DNA of 37,910 nucleotides from Candidatus Sericytochromatia bacterium (GTDB lineage Bacteria; Cyanobacteriota; Sericytochromatia; S15B-MN24; UBA4093): NCBI GenBank assembly GCA_036676495.1, contig JAKFCT010000076.1, positions 1 to 37,910 of the forward strand, read 5' to 3'. Shown piece by piece: positions 35,842 to 37,910 of this stretch (position 1 is its first letter; each line of letters starts with the position of its first letter). The notes under the pieces were generated by a model. It saw only the letters and a program-made list of their open reading frames with translations, ran no database searches and was not told where the DNA came from. The position numbers and the translations under genes were made by a program.

Positions 35842-36210
35842 TTCTTTCTCCTTCTAGCGAAATCTTCGGCTTCTTGCAGGATTTCCTGTTATCCATAGTC
35901 ATGTTTGCTGATCGTCTTGTGGAGTTCTTGTCTCTCGCTCATACTTATTCCAAATTGGTTATCAGCGTGACGTGCTTGCTTATTCTGCGCAGTGTTAGTG
36001 CGAGGCGCCCCCGTTTATCACCTTTAAGATCCATCCTTGCAGGTGTATTGCTGAGTTTGGCGCCACCAGTGAGAATTCCGGCGATGCTAGTCACTGCACC
36101 AAGGCCGTATCTTGCCCTAATCTGGGATGCAAGGTAAGCACCTACGGCTTCACCACACCGAGTACCCCACCCACGGTCTCCCCGTTGCCCGTCCAGTTGT
36201 TGGGGTTGGA
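35838..36210 (-). pseudogene. Decayed orphan polymorphic-toxin C-terminal cassette
   Basis: Reconstructable across two frameshifts (~36153, ~36012) and an in-frame TAA (35891-35889): ...GAPRTNTAQNKQARHADNQFGISMSERQELHKTISKHDYG*QEILQEAEDFARRRKN. Confidence 0.65.
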
Positions 36211-36259
36211 GATGCCCAAGGAGGGTCTACCTTCCCTCCCTGGGCTATACGGTTTTCGA
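36211..36259. repeat. 49-bp hairpin element at a toxin-cassette boundary, copy 2
   Basis: Stem GCCCAAGGAGGG/CCCTCCCTGGGC; begins about 20 nt downstream of the immunity gene stop. Confidence 0.75.
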
Positions 36260-36278
36260 TGTGCAAAACAAAAAAACG

Positions 36279-37070
36279 TCAACCCACGGTCACGCAATAA
36301 TATGCACGTTCGCTTACGGCCAAGAACGTTCCTGGGAATACCCCCCTGACTCCGCGATGATCGATAATCTTTCCTAGGGGCTCGGTGAGGCAAGCCTTTA
36401 GGTTCCATTTAATGACTTCATTGGGTTCGTCATAGGGGCTGTAAACCACCATGTCACCCCCGCAACTCACAATGGCGCTGCTCCCATGAATTCGCTCAGG
36501 GGTACTGTGGATAGATTGCTTCATATCCACGAGGTTTACGACAACTAGCTCGAAATTCTCATAAGCCATAAAGAATAATTTTGATTCATCAAGGAAAGAG
36601 CAGTAACAATCACTAACATCAACAGCATCTTTCAAAAACTTACTTCTATATCCAAACTTATAGTTTCCACTCGGATCAAAAAATACTACCCCCTCATTTT
36701 CAAACATCTTTCCGCTAAAAATCCCAACATCACTATAAGTTACGATGATATACTTCTCATTAACAAGGACATTGCTAATACCAATTCCCAACGAGAATAT
36801 CGCATCAATGTTGCCACCTCGAATGAGGAAAGCATTTTTATCATCATTGCTTGCAGGGTAACTATCGACAACAAGAACCCGATCATCACCTATCCATCGA
36901 ACGAGCGGATGCCTTATGGAACTTGGCAGCCTAACCTCTATATCGTCATAGAATAAGCGTTTTTCTCCTTGATTTTCTAAGATATAACAAGGTTTTTGCT
37001 TAGTCCTCGTTACATCTACATCAACTAACACACCACTTCTATCTGTAGGATGGTATTTCTTGATGATCAT
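36279..37070 (-). CDS. Putative immunity protein (beta-propeller-like)
   Basis: Strongly AT-rich 263-aa ORF 7 nt downstream of the toxin stop with GGAG RBS; YSDVGIF...EGVVFFD...DCY pattern. Confidence 0.65.
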   Translation of the reverse strand: MIIKKYHPTDRSGVLVDVDVTRTKQKPCYILENQGEKRLFYDDIEVRLPSSIRHPLVRWIGDDRVLVVDSYPASNDDKNAFLIRGGNIDAIFSLGIGISNVLVNEKYIIVTYSDVGIFSGKMFENEGVVFFDPSGNYKFGYRSKFLKDAVDVSDCYCSFLDESKLFFMAYENFELVVVNLVDMKQSIHSTPERIHGSSAIVSCGGDMVVYSPYDEPNEVIKWNLKACLTEPLGKIIDHRGVRGVFPGTFLAVSERAYYCVTVG

Positions 37071-37077
37071 ATGACTC

Positions 37078-37910
37078 CTAGTACGCCTCTCCTGCGTGGA
37101 TAGGGTTAAGAAAATCTATAATCGACCCGCCGAACGTAATGAGACCCGATCCCAAGAGTGGAAAAAAGGTTTTAACGGAGTTTCCGTCAGGCCGCAAGAC
37201 AAGTCTCACTCTTCCCACCGAGGTGTCTGCATCATAATGGTGGTGGTTGTTACTACCAGGAGAATATGTTCCTTTCGCTCTGACTTCGTCGGCTAATGCC
37301 TTAAGGTCTGTTCCTTCAGGGAACTTGGGAGCATTAATTTCGGTGTCTCTTCGCAGGTGACGATTGGTGACATGCTTTAGAACCCCCTTCGACCAGTTCA
37401 GTACGGAACCTGCTGAGGCGACTTGGACCCCATTGTCACGGGCAGCATTCTGGTAGGTGCCGTTCTGGATTGCAGCAAACCCTGCTTCCATGTCCAAGGA
37501 CTCTTGTGATCTCACTCGAGGCTTAGGCGGCGCATAACGGGTATCCCCACCATACTCGAATCCCCCGAGACCTGGGTTGGAGGCGAACATGGAGGCATGG
37601 GCCTCGTTGTAGTGCCCACCGAACTGTCCTGCCATGCCCATGTAACGGAGGGCCTGGTTGGCCTCGTTTAGGCCGGGGATGTCCACGCCAAAGGTATTGG
37701 TGATGGTGGACAGGTTCCCGGTCACGGCTGAGAGGGCATTGCTGGTGTCGAAGCTCAACAGCGACGACAAGTTCCCGATGTCCAGCCCACCCAACGCGCC
37801 TACCCCGCTCATCAGTGAGGTTCCGGCGTTATAAAGGTTGCTGACGACTTCCAATCCGCTCATCAAGGTTCCGAGTGCCGGGTTGATGGAGGTCGCAAAG
37901 TCCTTGACAG
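37078..37910 (-). CDS. C-terminal part of a polymorphic toxin with a probable nuclease tip (5' end beyond window)
   Basis: Frame open to the window edge (VKDFATSINPALGTLMSG...); tip KHVTNRH...PKFP...RLVL...VKTFFP; GC content falls toward the tip; followed by an AT-rich partner gene. Confidence 0.7.
   Translation of the reverse strand, partial: VKDFATSINPALGTLMSGLEVVSNLYNAGTSLMSGVGALGGLDIGNLSSLLSFDTSNALSAVTGNLSTITNTFGVDIPGLNEANQALRYMGMAGQFGGHYNEAHASMFASNPGLGGFEYGGDTRYAPPKPRVRSQESLDMEAGFAAIQNGTYQNAARDNGVQVASAGSVLNWSKGVLKHVTNRHLRRDTEINAPKFPEGTDLKALADEVRAKGTYSPGSNNHHHYDADTSVGRVRLVLRPDGNSVKTFFPLLGSGLITFGGSIIDFLNPIHAGEAY

Noticed and set aside
35874-36408. ORF-track calls 35874-36137 (+) and 36142-36408 (-)
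   Set aside because: Better explained as the antisense and a partial frame of the decayed toxin cassette; the second also overlaps the immunity gene

Overview
GC-rich bacterial chromosome window, probably from a diderm Terrabacteria lineage (inference from SpoVS, an L21-leader-like RNA, csaB/tagA-family genes next to ftsEX, plus lipoproteins and beta-barrel-like proteins; a non-photosynthetic Cyanobacteriota relative is plausible). Housekeeping genes: rpmA (partial), rplU, spoVS, ribD, ribE-ribBA-ribH, ftsE/ftsX, csaB, a WecB/TagA/CpsF glycosyltransferase and a TipA/Mta-type MerR regulator with a clear 19-bp-spacer promoter. Four things stand out. (1) A lipid-type biosynthetic cluster of unknown product sits between ribD and ribE: FAAL-ACP-KSIII-ATP-grasp-SDR-MBL hydrolase-F390-synthetase-like, with a divergent Coq4-like/MMPL pair and a convergent lipoprotein/GNAT pair. 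(2) A 767-aa protein has a papain/C39-like peptidase domain, a Gly-Gly site, a cationic amphipathic helix and Gly/Ala-rich hydrophobic repeats; the next gene looks like a catalytically dead half of the same peptidase fold (candidate self-processing toxin plus inhibitor). (3) A stand-alone protein is built almost entirely of four MshEN c-di-GMP-binding domains. (4) An AT-rich polymorphic-toxin locus at the right edge has a toxin tip, an immunity gene, a decayed orphan toxin cassette absent from the ORF track, a second immunity gene and an RHS-like remnant; each cassette boundary carries the same 49-bp hairpin. Several small palindromic repeat families occur in intergenic regions, one copy with a nested 32-bp insert. 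All family assignments come from motif recognition by eye, not database searches.
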